Source of the DNA: Octopus sinensis
Taxonomy: Eukaryota
Direction of reading: 5' to 3'
DNA length: 64,000 bases
Assembly (NCBI RefSeq): GCF_006345805.1
Contig: NC_043006.1
Coordinates: 39,246,001 to 39,310,000, forward strand
Shown: positions 52,150 through 64,000 of the stretch, piece after piece
Numbering within the stretch: position 1 is the stretch's first letter
Layout of the letters: each line of letters opens with the position of its first letter
Translations under genes and position numbers: made by a program
Notes under the pieces: model-generated
The model's database searches: none
What the model saw: the letters and a program-made list of their open reading frames with translations, nothing else
Told to the model about the DNA's origin: nothing

Positions 52150-52256
52150 TCTATGTACATGTGTTTATTGGTGATAGTAATAAGGTTAGTTCAAAGAAAT
52201 CAAAGAATCATTCCTTATTTCAGCTGAAGAACAATTTCTTCATTTATTGTCACTAA

Positions 52257-52324
<68 letters not shown>

Positions 52325-52399
52325 ATGTAAGGCAGAATTGTGAGCAATCGGGCAAAATGTTTATTCTCTTTTTGTTTTTAATTCTTTCTTTTTTTTTCA

Positions 52400-52750
52400 T
52401 TTGTTTCGGTTATTTGACTGCGGCCATGCTGGAGCGGCGCCTTTAGTCGAACAAATAGACCCCCAGGACTTATTCTATGTAAGCCTAGTACTTATTCTTT
52501 TGCCGAACCGCTAAATTACGGGGACGTAAACATACCAACATCGGTCGTCAAGCGATGGTCGGGGGAGAAACACAAACATACAAACATATATATATATATA
52601 TATATATATACGACGGGCTTCTCTCAGTTTCCGTCTATCAAATCCACTCACAAGGCTTTGGTCGGCTCGAGGCTATAGTAGAAGATACTTGCCCAAGGTG
52701 CCACGCAGTGGGACTGAACCCGGAACCATGTGCTTGGAAAGTAAGCTTCT
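52400..52750 (-). mobile_element. SINE family B
   Basis: Reverse complement of the body and tail (gactgcggccatgctggagc...cccaaggtgccacgcagtgggactgaacccggaaccatgtg). Confidence 0.85.
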
Positions 52751-54566
52751 TCGGCATTTCATTCACCTTTGCTTTCCGAATTTAAAAGTTCGCCTAGGTC
52801 ACCTTTGCCTTGAGTGATTGCGGAGCCGATAAAGTAAGTACCTTTTGAGCATTGGGGTTGATGTAATCGAATTTTTCCCCCTTCCTTGAACATTTCTGGC
52901 CTCGTGGCAAAAATTGGAAACTAATATTATCACCGATGTATTATTATTAACTACAAAAAAAATATATATATATTCATATATTCTTAACTGTGTGTGGATG
53001 TGCATGACGCGTGTGTATGACATACAAAGAGATTATCAAATCTGAGCTGAGTCTCCAATGAGCACTCATGTGAATATGGCTAACAGGCTGAATCGATGTA
53101 GACAATTTTCCTCAAAGGAAACCATTCGTACATACAGAAATCCCGACTATAATAAATTAGTTGCTTAGTATAATATATTAAGTCCAAAGATGGAATGTTT
53201 GGTATTACTCTTATTCCTTAGTTACATGCGTTTCGACATATATATCATATATACCATAATCTTCCATGCGTAAAATGTATTGGTGTTAAACTTTTCTATA
53301 TTTATTCATGAGGGTCTCCACGTCGATAGAAGAGTGAGTTTTATTATAAAATTAGTTTTTACATATCATCCACTCGCTTGTTGACAATATCTTCCTGCAA
53401 TACTTATATAGAAAAATGCCATATTTTGAAAGGAAATTGTGTTGAGACTATGCTGCGCCAACATATATACACACGCATAAATTCACACAAGTGTGTGAGT
53501 ACAAATACACAAACGCGCGTACACACACACACGCATACACACACATTTTTAATTGCTGTCTAGTTTCAGCATAGAACAATGTCCCTGTTTAAGCAGTGGT
53601 GTCACCGATAAATGACCAAATTAATAAAGAATATTATGGATATGATTCCTTAAATCGCTAAAAGCATGATAAACTAACATATGCATACCCAAGAAGTTAC
53701 AGCCAGACGTGCAGATCTCAGTTCATTGAATGTTTTATATATGAATCTTAGAAAACAACCGCACAAATTTTGACACTCAATTGTAAATGTTAGAAAATGA
53801 AAATACGTAAAACTTAATCATGGATCTTGATTTTTTTTTCTTTTTAAATTCAAACATCTTACGAAGAAGGTGAAAAATGATTTCAAAATGGAAATTTATT
53901 CAATAGAAATTCTGAACTTATTTCGCACTCAAGGCATGAACAATGACTTTTAAGTGAAAATCACAGAAATTTCAGATTTATATTAAAATCCCAATATACT
54001 TACTTCCCTGTTCACGTATCATGCGTTATTTTAAAGATATATTTTCATTGCTTTTAAAATTGATACGCTTCCATCCAAAATGCTTCGTATAAGATACTAT
54101 TGTTCTAATCACTTGCAAATTTTCTTTTCAATCTCCTTCCCTTTTTATTTCTTCATTCTTTTCCTTAATCATTCGTTCTTTTCTATGCACCCCGATTGAC
54201 AAGTTAAACATTCCATTCTCCTTAGTCATATTTATCTTCGTCCTCCATTCCTTTCATCTTTGAATCATGCATATCTTTAAAATAAGGTATTTTTAATTCC
54301 TTCATGTATTTTAATTTTTCTTTCTGTAAAAGAAATTCGTTTCCTTAAACGATTTTTACTCCCTTTCTGTAGTTTTCTATTTTGTACGTTCCCATTTTTT
54401 TACATTCTTCCTTTGTCTTCTTCCGTCAGCCTTTTAATGTTTCGTGCATAACCATTTAAACATGTAAACACTATCTTTTTCGTCTTTTAAAACTCAGTCG
54501 CATTAAGTGCACATTCTCAAATATCTGAAGGCATTTCGACAGGATCTAAATCATATATACATTTAT

Positions 54567-54705
54567 AGGCGTGGCTGTGTGGTAAGAAGCTTGCTTCCTA
54601 ATCACATGATTCCGGGTTCACTTCCACTGTGTGGCACGCCGTGCAGGTATCTTCTACTATAGCCTCGGACCGATTAAAAGCTTATGAGTAGATTTGGTAG
54701 ACGGA
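54567..54705 (+). mobile_element. SINE family B, 5' half
   Basis: ggcgtggctgtgtggtaagaagcttgcttcc...ccgggttcacttccactg. Confidence 0.75.
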
Positions 54706-54716
54706 CACTATAATTA

Positions 54717-54766
<50 letters not shown>

Positions 54767-54825
54767 ATATAATATACATATATATATATATACATATATA
54801 TATATACATATATATATATAATATA

Positions 54826-56106
54826 CACTGTTATATATTATTTTTCCACTGTTTATATCTATATTTTTTACTGTTTATATGTTTGTACTGTCGTTACCGT
54901 CTTGCTTTTTTTTTACCCCTTCGAAAAGATCTCAGAATTTTAATTGATTTGCTTTTCGCGGGAAGGAATTTTTCTTCGAAGTATACGTCTCGCTTTTATC
55001 CTTCGAAACGTTTAGTAGATGAAATCTTAGCGACTGAAGAAGGGGATTTTTCGTTGTGCTTATTGTCCTGTATCTCTCCCCTTTTTTTGCTTGTCTTGTT
55101 CCTTGGTTTGTGTCTATGTGTTTCGTCTCTCTATGTGTTCGACGTCTTTTTGGTGTCCTGTACACATATATGCGTGTATATGTACATGTAGAGGTAGGTA
55201 CGTACATATATGTTTATATATATGCATATATTCTATTTTATTAACATATTATACGATTAAACGCACGCACCCTACTAAGTAAGATGTTCTGTTTATCAAG
55301 TTAGCCTTGATATTAACTCTCACGCGACTCTGCATCTTTCTTTCTTTCTCTCACATTCCCTTTTCGTCTTTTTTTCCCTCACTTAACTGTCTCTTCCTCT
55401 CTCTCTCATTCTTCATTCTCTCTCTCCCTTTCACCATTCTTCATGGTCTCCTCGCACCATTCCCCTTCTTTCTCTCTTCCTCTCTGCTCCTCTCCCCATT
55501 CCCGTCATCCATCTGCGACGATACCTCCGTCGTAACTGCTTCCTGTCCTTTCTCGCCCGCCTTGCAAGGCTTCTGGTTGACAAAATTTCCCTCTCTGTCT
55601 TCCACTATAATCCAGCGTTTACATACTTTTTTCGTCTGGCGTTAACAGCCCTTCTTATCTTGTTTCCTTGTCTTGTCTCTCACTGTTATATATTTATTTT
55701 TCCACTGTTTATATATATATTTTTTACTGTTTATATGTTTGTATGTCGTTACCGTCTTGCTTTATTTTACCCCTCTGCGAAAAGATCTCAGAATTTTAAT
55801 TGATTTGCTTTTCGCGGGAAGGAATTTTTCTTCGAAGTATACGTCTCGCTTTTATCCTTCGAAACGTTTAGTAGATGAAATCTTAGCGACTGAAGAAGAG
55901 GGGATTTTTCGTTGTGCTTATTGTCCTGTATCTCTCCCCTTTTTTGCTTGTCTTGTTCCTTGGTTTGTGTCTATGTGTTTCGTCTCTCTATGTGTTCGAC
56001 GTCTTTTTGGTGTCCTGTACACATATATGCGTGTATATGTACATGTAGAGGTAGGTACGTACATATATGTTTATATATATGCATATATTCTATTTTATTA
56101 ACATAT
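54826..56106. repeat. Dispersed direct duplication (54826-55249 and 55681-56106)
   Basis: Two copies of about 425 bp differing mainly by 1-3-nt indels; both end in TA tracts. Confidence 0.92.
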
Positions 56107-56108
56107 AT

Positions 56109-56155
<47 letters not shown>

Positions 56156-56204
56156 AAACAAGTCAAAAATAGAAAATGCTAAAATAATTTTATAGTGAAC
56201 ATTT

Positions 56205-56242
56205 CAGTACCGGTTTCGGTCATTTTGAGACCTTTTCAACTG
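56205..56242 (-). ncRNA. Minimal type I hammerhead motif, U3-A8 core variant (mirror copy)
   Basis: Reverse complement of 56481-56518. Confidence 0.55.
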
Positions 56243-56480
56243 TAACGATTAAATAATTAAATCTAGAAAAATTAGAAGAAAAGTTTTTTTAAAGGAATAT
56301 TTCTATAGTAGTGTTCAGATATAAGTGGCATTCTGCCTTTCTCTGACTCCCTTGTTTGCACAAGTGCAAACAAGGAGTCAGAGAAAGCAGAATGCCACTT
56401 ATATCTGAACACTACTATAGAAATATTCCTTTAAAAAAACTTTTCTTCTAATTTTTCTAGATTTAATTATTTAATCGTTA

Positions 56481-56518
56481 CAGTTGAAAAGGTCTCAAAA
56501 TGACCGAAACCGGTACTG
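56481..56518 (+). ncRNA. Minimal type I hammerhead motif, U3-A8 core variant
   Basis: cag-TTGAAAA-ggtc-tcaaaat-gacc-GAAA-ccgg-T-A-ctg. Stem I cag/ctg, stem II ggtc/gacc, palindromic stem III accggt. Confidence 0.55.
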
Positions 56519-56605
56519 AAATGTTCACTATAAAATTATTTTAGCATTTTCTATTTTTGACTTGTTTTTTCATATATATCAACTCGTGTGTTCCTTTTCA
56601 CCCTT

Positions 56606-56690
<85 letters not shown>

Positions 56691-56723
56691 CATACATATA
56701 TATACATACATATATAATTATGC

Positions 56724-56765
<42 letters not shown>

Positions 56766-57039
56766 ATATAATAAGGGTAAATAATTTCTTTAATGATTTA
56801 AAAAAAAACCAACAATTATTTACGGGAAGATTTCGGCATGTAAATATAACCATTAACGGTAGGAACTTCTATAAAGGTCAGTATATATATATATTGCATA
56901 TAAATAAAAGAGGCAGGCAACAAGTTGCTTAGCCGCATACCGAAAAAATTAGAAATAGCAGTCATAGACTGTTATTTCTATTTTCTACAAATGGGACTCC
57001 ATTATATATATGTATATAGATATATATATATATATATAT

Positions 57040-57081
<42 letters not shown>

Positions 57082-57262
57082 ATATATATATATTATATAT
57101 ATATATATATATATACATATGTACATATACGTATATATACATACATATATACATATACGTATATATATACATATAAATATGAACATATTTACATATATAT
57201 ATATATGAATATATATATACACACACACACATACATACATACATATATATATATATATTATA

Positions 57263-57297
<35 letters not shown>

Positions 57298-57366
57298 AAC
57301 ATATATACATATATATATGAATATCTATATCTGTTCTAGTTTCTGCAACATTTCATCAAATGCTAC

Positions 57367-57775
57367 AGGCGTAGGTGTGTGGTTGCTTGGTAAGTAGTTT
57401 GCTTCCCAACCACATGGTTCCGGGTTCAGTCCCACTGCGTGGCACCTTGGGTAAGTGTATTCTACTATAGCTGCCCCAAATCGTGTGAGTCGATTTGGTA
57501 GACGGGAACTGAAAGAAGCTCATGGTATATGTATGTGTGTGTGTGTGTCTCTGTTTCTGTGTTTGCCCCATCACCACCACCACCACCACAACCACCATCA
57601 CTTGATAATCGATATTGGTGTGCTTACGTCCCCGTAATCCAGCGGTTCGGCAAAATATACGTATAGAACAAGTAGTGGGCTTACAATGAATAAGCCATGT
57701 AGGCGATGTCTTCGACAAGAAGGCGGTGCTCCAGCATGGCTTCAATCAAATGACAAACTAGAAAAGAACAAAAGA
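57367..57775 (+). mobile_element. SINE family B, full length
   Basis: Head, body and tail are present; internal TG and (CAC)n expansions. Confidence 0.85.
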
Positions 57776-58654
57776 AAAGAAAGACTTATCGCTAACAGAT
57801 GGAAAACCGTCTTTCAACGAAGGTCGAATTTGGGTTCAATCTTCAACCGGTGATGTCTTAGAAAAAAATATTTAGCATTTTTATAGAGTGGCACATTGGT
57901 TGGCATTTGTGCAGATAATTGTTTTAGGTAGACATAAACAGACAGACAGTGAAATGGATAGACATGTAGCCAACCAAACCGCAAAACAAAACTCTTTGTC
58001 TTTTTGTGTATTTGGGAAATAGAGCTTTCATACATTCTATAATGAAAGCACGATTGATTTCAAATTTGATTATTATGTAAGATTTTTGCATTTGTGTGTT
58101 AGGCCTTTATGCTTTGTGTCTTATAATAGCATTTCGAATTCCATAGACCCATTTTAAGACCTCCTTTTATTCATAATCAAAATGATTTGCGTATCGTTGT
58201 ATTGTCGCGTTTTGCTCTAGATAGCAAAGTATCATGGGGATATTTTCGAAACTAATAAAATCCTTCTCATCGAATTTAACATTGTTTAGCAGTTAGCGTC
58301 TTGTAGCTTTCACATTTTGTGTCACGCTTACTGCATCCGTATCTACAAATCGAGTTTGTATTTATTTACAGAACTATGTTTAAAGTAGTGTAAGAACAGT
58401 TTATGGAATTTAGTCTATGTTTATGTTCAGACAAACCGTTAGAGAAAAATGTGAAGTAAATTAACATACAAGTGTGCAGGCACACATACATCATTGATAA
58501 TTGTCAATGAATATCGATAGATATAATTGGGTAGACTTCCGTCTGTGGATCTATTCGGTTTTTCTTGTGTTAGGCTGTATTTGCATTTGTCACTTACACA
58601 CACACACACACACACATTTGCATATCTCCATGTATCTATATTTTTTTTATTGTT

Positions 58655-58921
58655 TTATTCTTTTACTTGTGTCAGTCATTTGACTGCAGCCATGCTAGAG
58701 CACCGCCTTTAGTCGCAGACATCGACACCAGGATTTATTCTTTGTAAGTCTAGTACTTAATCTATCGGTCTCCTTGCCGAACCGCTAAGTTACGGGTACC
58801 TAAACACACCAACTTGTGTTGTGAAGCCACGGTTGGGGACAAACACAGACATGACGCATAAACATATACATATATATAAATATATATATATACATATGTA
58901 TGTATATGTGTATCGTGCGTG

Positions 58922-58972
<51 letters not shown>

Positions 58973-59127
58973 GACGGGGTTCTTTCAGTTTCCGTCTACC
59001 AAATCCTCTCACAAGGCTTTGGTCGGTCTGAGGCTATATCAGAAGACACTTGCCCAAGGTGTTACGTAGTGGGACTGAACCCGGAACCATGTGGTTTTGA
59101 AGCAAGCTCCTACCACACAGCCACACT
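58655..59127 (-). mobile_element. SINE family B, full length
   Basis: Reverse complement with an internal (TA)n. Confidence 0.85.
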
Positions 59128-59171
59128 ATATTAATATTATATAATATCATATATCATATATATATATTACA

Positions 59172-59950
59172 CTAGCAGAGGTATCCGGCGTTGCACGGTA
59201 TAACTGTCAATGGAGTAGTCGTTCAAATGAACCGAAAGACTTCCGTCAAACACGACTATAGAAGTAACAATTTACAGGTGTTGGTCCTTAAGTGGGCATT
59301 TGGACGTTCACTATGAAATCCTTCAGCGGCGGTGCTACCAGCAATGATGAATCCGATGGTAACAATTTAATCTTGCTGTCTCCGAAGAGAGCCTTGGATC
59401 ATTTACTCTTAAAAGTCTCAGCGGCGGTGCTGCCAGCAAAGACGAATCCGGTGCTAACAATTTATAAGTGTGACGAAATCTGCTGAACACAACTCACTGG
59501 TGTGCGTTTGACCAGAGGTCGTCATTTCGCACTTAACTGAGGTGCAATTAAACGGGGTAGAAAACCGGGTGCAAAAACTAATCAGTCATTCGCAGTTTAG
59601 GTATGATTGCGAAATACACAATCCATATACAGTAGGCGTTAAAATTTCTTGGTTAAGAGTGTGAAATGACGCCAAAATTCAAGGAAAAATAATTTAAATC
59701 CCCATTCCACGCTTATCTGTGGTGCAATTACACAGGGGAGACAACCGGGTGCAGAACTAAATTCAACCATCCTAAAGTTAACTAAGCAAACCAAGCTTTA
59801 GTCGTGGGGTGGGGGATTTTAAAATTCGCTCCTTCATTTCTAGAACATGAGTAACCGATGTGTCAACTTTCCTTTAAATTGTTTGTTTTCTCCAGAAGTT
59901 AAAAGGCTTTGCTGCGACCATAATACGAACTTTAAAAGTGGTCCAAAGGG
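59172..59950 (-). mobile_element. Non-autonomous Helitron-like element (3' end clear, 5' extent uncertain)
   Basis: Minus-strand ccgtgcaacgccgg hairpin, then atacctctg-CTAG followed by T. Internal short repeats at 59323/59419 and about 59535/59718. Confidence 0.5.
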
Positions 59951-60781
59951 GCTTACTGCCCTCTTTAGGGGATTCCCTCTTTAGGGGATGAGCGGTACTT
60001 TATCTTACGGCAGGCAATAATCATAATAAACTCTCAAGGTTCTGATGCTGTTTTATTGTGGCAGTTTGAACTTTTATGGGTTAATGATTTAGGCTTTTTG
60101 TTCCCGGGGGAATCCTCTTGCTGGATTGAAATGGAAGTAAATGTGCCACTCTGTATCTTCATTTGTAATAAATGAATAACAACTGAATCGAAATTCATTT
60201 TATGGGACCACCAGTTATCGAAGCTATGACCTTGTGATGTATTACAATATCCAAATTCAATAAATGACTCGCCGGGGTTTACTGCTCCCTGGGGTTCCCT
60301 TACTTGTTCTTGGTATAGGCAACTTCATCTTTTGGCAATGTTTAACCAATGTGTCCCGCAAGGTTAAAGTCGAACGTAAACTTCAAAAATTATCAGGTAC
60401 TAATGCATTGTTAATGTGAACTTCAATAGATAAGTCGAAAAGGCTTAATGCCCCCCTCCCTTGGCGTCCCTTTTATAAGTTCAAGTAAAAGTTCATGTGT
60501 TCACCTTCCTCTGTGAGCCACGGGTAATCAAAACGTCTCGTTTCGTGTAAACCAAACGCCAACTTAGCAGTTGTGTCGTTTTGTTGCAATGATGATATCA
60601 ACTTCAACATTCATCAAAATCAGTTTACTACCCCTACCTGAATTTCTGCGCAAGTGCATGCGTTTAACTTTATTTTTAGGCCATGGTGAAGATGGGAGAG
60701 GCAAACTGCAGGAATTATGGAGCCTTTATGCAGTAGTACAGTTGACTCCAAGACAGAAGCTTAAGGGGGTTACCTTCACAC

Positions 60782-60918
60782 ATAAATACATACATACATA
60801 CATACATACATACATACATACATAAATACATACATACATACATACATACGTACATACATACATACATACGTACATACATACATACATACATACATACATA
60901 CATACATACATACATACA

Positions 60919-60948
<30 letters not shown>
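60782..60948. repeat. (CATA)n microsatellite
   Basis: Direct inspection. Confidence 0.95.
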
Positions 60949-60949
<1 letters not shown>

Positions 60950-61398
60950 TGATGAATCTACAGAATTACAGGTTCAAAGATGCTTGGTAGGGTATACAGG
61001 TAAAAACGAATAAAAGATGTATGGTGTAGATACAAAAAAGTAGAAATGGTAAATGAATAAAGATGTGGAATGAAACGGATACCGAAGATATATGAAGAAA
61101 GATGGCGAATAATGAAGGAAAGAAAGAAAATATATGGAAATAAAAGGGAAGAAAAGTTTTTAAAAAGAAAAAGAACAGAAAGAAAACAGAATAAGGAGGA
61201 GAGAAAATGAGGGAAACAAAGCGATTGGAATGAGGAGACGATAAATAAACGAGAGAGGTTTGAATTGGGGAGTACATGTATGGAACGATTTGCTTTTGAG
61301 GGAATACGATACGTGGCTGCGACAGAGAGAGGAGAGTGAAAGCGTGGAGCGTGGAGGTAAACGATAGATAGACAGATAGTGCATATGAGTTTGTGCTT

Positions 61399-61432
<34 letters not shown>

Positions 61433-61569
61433 AAGAAATTTGGACTGACATACGGACAATCAAAATGTCAGAAAGATAAAAGCGGGATAGAAAAGCGACA
61501 GGAGGTGGAGAAAGAAGGAATGACTAATGAAGTGAAATATTGAATAACATAATATATACATAACTCTGT

Positions 61570-61840
61570 ATACACACACACACACACACACACCACACAC
61601 ACACACGCATATATATATATATATATATATATCTATATATATATATATATATTATACATACAAATATATATATATATAATTACATACAAATATATCTAAT
61701 ATATATATATATATATATACAGATTCATGCATACATACCACACACATATATACATATATAATCCATATACAATATATATATATATTATATATATTATATA
61801 TACACACACGATTATATATAATAATATACACACACACACA

Positions 61841-61871
<31 letters not shown>

Positions 61872-61882
61872 CGCATATATAT

Positions 61883-61913
<31 letters not shown>

Positions 61914-62030
61914 TATACATACAAATATATATATATATTATATATACATACAAATATATATATATATATATATAATATACAGATTCATGCATACATACAC
62001 ACACACATATATAATATATATATCCATTAC

Positions 62031-62061
<31 letters not shown>

Positions 62062-62087
62062 ACACACGTATATATATATTAATATAT

Positions 62088-62120
<33 letters not shown>

Positions 62121-62150
62121 AAAATATATATATATATTATATATATGCAT
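61570..62150. repeat. Compound CA/TA tract with a higher-order duplication of about 245 bp
   Basis: The landmarks caccacacacacacac...cgcatatata, attatacatacaaatata and cagattcatgcatacatac each occur twice in the same order. Confidence 0.75.
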
Positions 62151-62204
62151 AAATACTTACACACACAAATACATATGGAGAGAAGGAGAGGAAAGATATA
62201 AAGC

Positions 62205-62237
<33 letters not shown>

Positions 62238-62739
62238 GAGAGAGAAGGAGTATGTTTGTGTTTCTGAATAGGAATGTCTGTTTCAATGTGTGTATAACAT
62301 TGTGTACCTGCATGTATGAGTGCACATGTCCATATGTAGTTGTGTGCTTATGTAAGCATTGTACGTAAAGGTATGCAAGGCATCTTTGTATGCGTGTGTG
62401 TGTGTGTGTGTGTGTCCGTGTGTCTGTATGTGGGTGCATGTGCGTGTTTTTGTGAGTGCGTATGTTTCTGTGTAGCGACTGAAGGACAAAAGAAGTGGAA
62501 AAGAGAGACGGCAAACTAAAGATGTCGTCGGGGAGAGATGCACTTCCTGCTGTGCCAGGATGTTGGTAGGAATCAATGTCTTTGTTTCATTCTAGTTGTA
62601 TGGCAGCTAAAAGACTTGGGTAGAATTTTCGATGAATCTGGGTTCCAACTTTCTCGTTAGACAAATTGTTATTCGACGCACATACAAACAGGTAAACAGT
62701 CAGCAGCAGACACTCACGCGTAGGCATTTGTGAGTCCAG

Positions 62740-62769
62740 AGAGAGAGAGAGATAGATAGATAGATAGAC

Positions 62770-62851
<82 letters not shown>

Positions 62852-62950
62852 AGAGAGGGAGAGAGATGGGTAGACAGATAGGTAGAACAGATAGATGGGT
62901 AAATAGAGAGAAAGATAGAGACAAATAGATGGGGAGATAAATTGATTGAG

Positions 62951-63007
<57 letters not shown>

Positions 63008-63130
63008 GACAGATAGATAGATTGAGTGAGAGGTAGATAGAGAGAGTGAGAGATAGATAGATTGAGTGAGAGATAGATAGATATAGAGAAGATATACATA
63101 GATATATATATATTTATACATAGATTTGTA

Positions 63131-63170
<40 letters not shown>

Positions 63171-63189
63171 TATAGATAGATAGATAGAT

Positions 63190-63250
<61 letters not shown>
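62740..63250. repeat. (GATA)n and (TA)n microsatellites
   Basis: Direct inspection. Confidence 0.92.
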
Positions 63251-63253
<3 letters not shown>

Positions 63254-63585
63254 AGACAGAGATAAATAGATAGGTAAAGAGGGAGAGATTCACACATCAG
63301 CATAAACATACACATATACTCTTACATACTTACATACACACAACTACACAAAACGTAACTGACAAAGACTACATAAGTTGGCACAAAGAGATATATATAT
63401 ATATAAACAATTAGACATACGCACTCATACACACATATATAAGCATACAGACATAGCGATACATACACGCACACACACACAACGTTTTGAGCACGCAAAT
63501 CATAGCCATATCTTATTTTTCCAGTACACAGGTAACGGATCCCATCATTAAGGTGGTTGCCAAGGTGTGATTGTTATGCTGGTGG

Positions 63586-63990
63586 CATAGTAGAGGTGGT
63601 GGTGGTGGTGGTGGTGGTGGAAGGTGAAGTTGATGAGGATGGTGGTATTCGAGAGAATAACGATGACGTCATGACAATGATGATGATGATGATGATGATG
63701 ATGACCAAGATGATAATGATGACGATGATGACGATGACGACCATGATGAGGATGATGCTAATGAAGACAATGACGACGACGACGAACGACGATGATGGTA
63801 GTGGTAGTGGTGGTGGTGACGGCGGTGGTATTAGAGAAACCGGAAGTGCGTGCATGTATGTGTGCTTTCGATATACTGGCGTTTATGACTGTGATAATAG
63901 AGAGCATGGTGAAGGAGAGAGGCCGGATGGTGCTGGTAGTGGTGGTGGTGCTGGTGCTGGTGGTGAGGGCGGTGGTGGTAGTGTTCAGGT
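63586..63990. repeat. GGT/GAT/GAC trinucleotide mosaic
   Basis: Direct inspection. Confidence 0.85.
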
Positions 63991-64000
63991 TGTAATGAAT

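Larger units (their letters stand above)
56151..56572. repeat. Near-perfect 422-bp palindrome flanked by (TA)n
   Basis: Arms meet at ttgtttgcac-aa-gtgcaaacaa (about 56362); two 1-nt asymmetries. Confidence 0.95.

Noticed and set aside
63515-63535. 7-nt microexon (tttttccag-TACACAG-gtaacg)
   Set aside because: Splice-like flanks of this quality arise by chance; no gene context or transcript evidence.

Overview
Eukaryotic, AT-rich, almost entirely non-genic DNA saturated with microsatellites ((TA)n, (CATA)n, (TAA)n, (GATA)n, (GA)n, trinucleotide mosaics) and decayed transposable elements. The SINE families and microsatellite load resemble Octopus/coleoid genomes (inference, no search run). I recognise no host protein-coding exon; nearly all ORFs in the track are translations of simple repeats. 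Supported content: two degenerate Tc1 elements with TIRs and TA-type flanks, a mariner fragment and MITEs, about 25 tRNA-derived SINE copies in several head/tail combinations, R4/Dong-like restriction-endonuclease (RLE) LINE fragments at (TAA)n, a second RLE LINE family repeatedly bounded by (CATA)n, an RTE fragment, a Penelope-like element (RT + GIY-YIG) with direct and inverted partial copies, Helitron-like 3' ends and a candidate solo LTR. The most notable signals are hammerhead-ribozyme motifs in TA-embedded, Penelope-LTR-like fragments. One has an intact type I core (43229-43290, minus strand). A U3-A8 core variant occurs twice in a 422-bp palindrome (56151-56572), and there are several decayed or non-canonical relatives. 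Duplications and fold-back inversions with breakpoints in (TA)n tracts also recur; these could be biological or assembly artefacts. Repeat coordinates are approximate to within a few bases.
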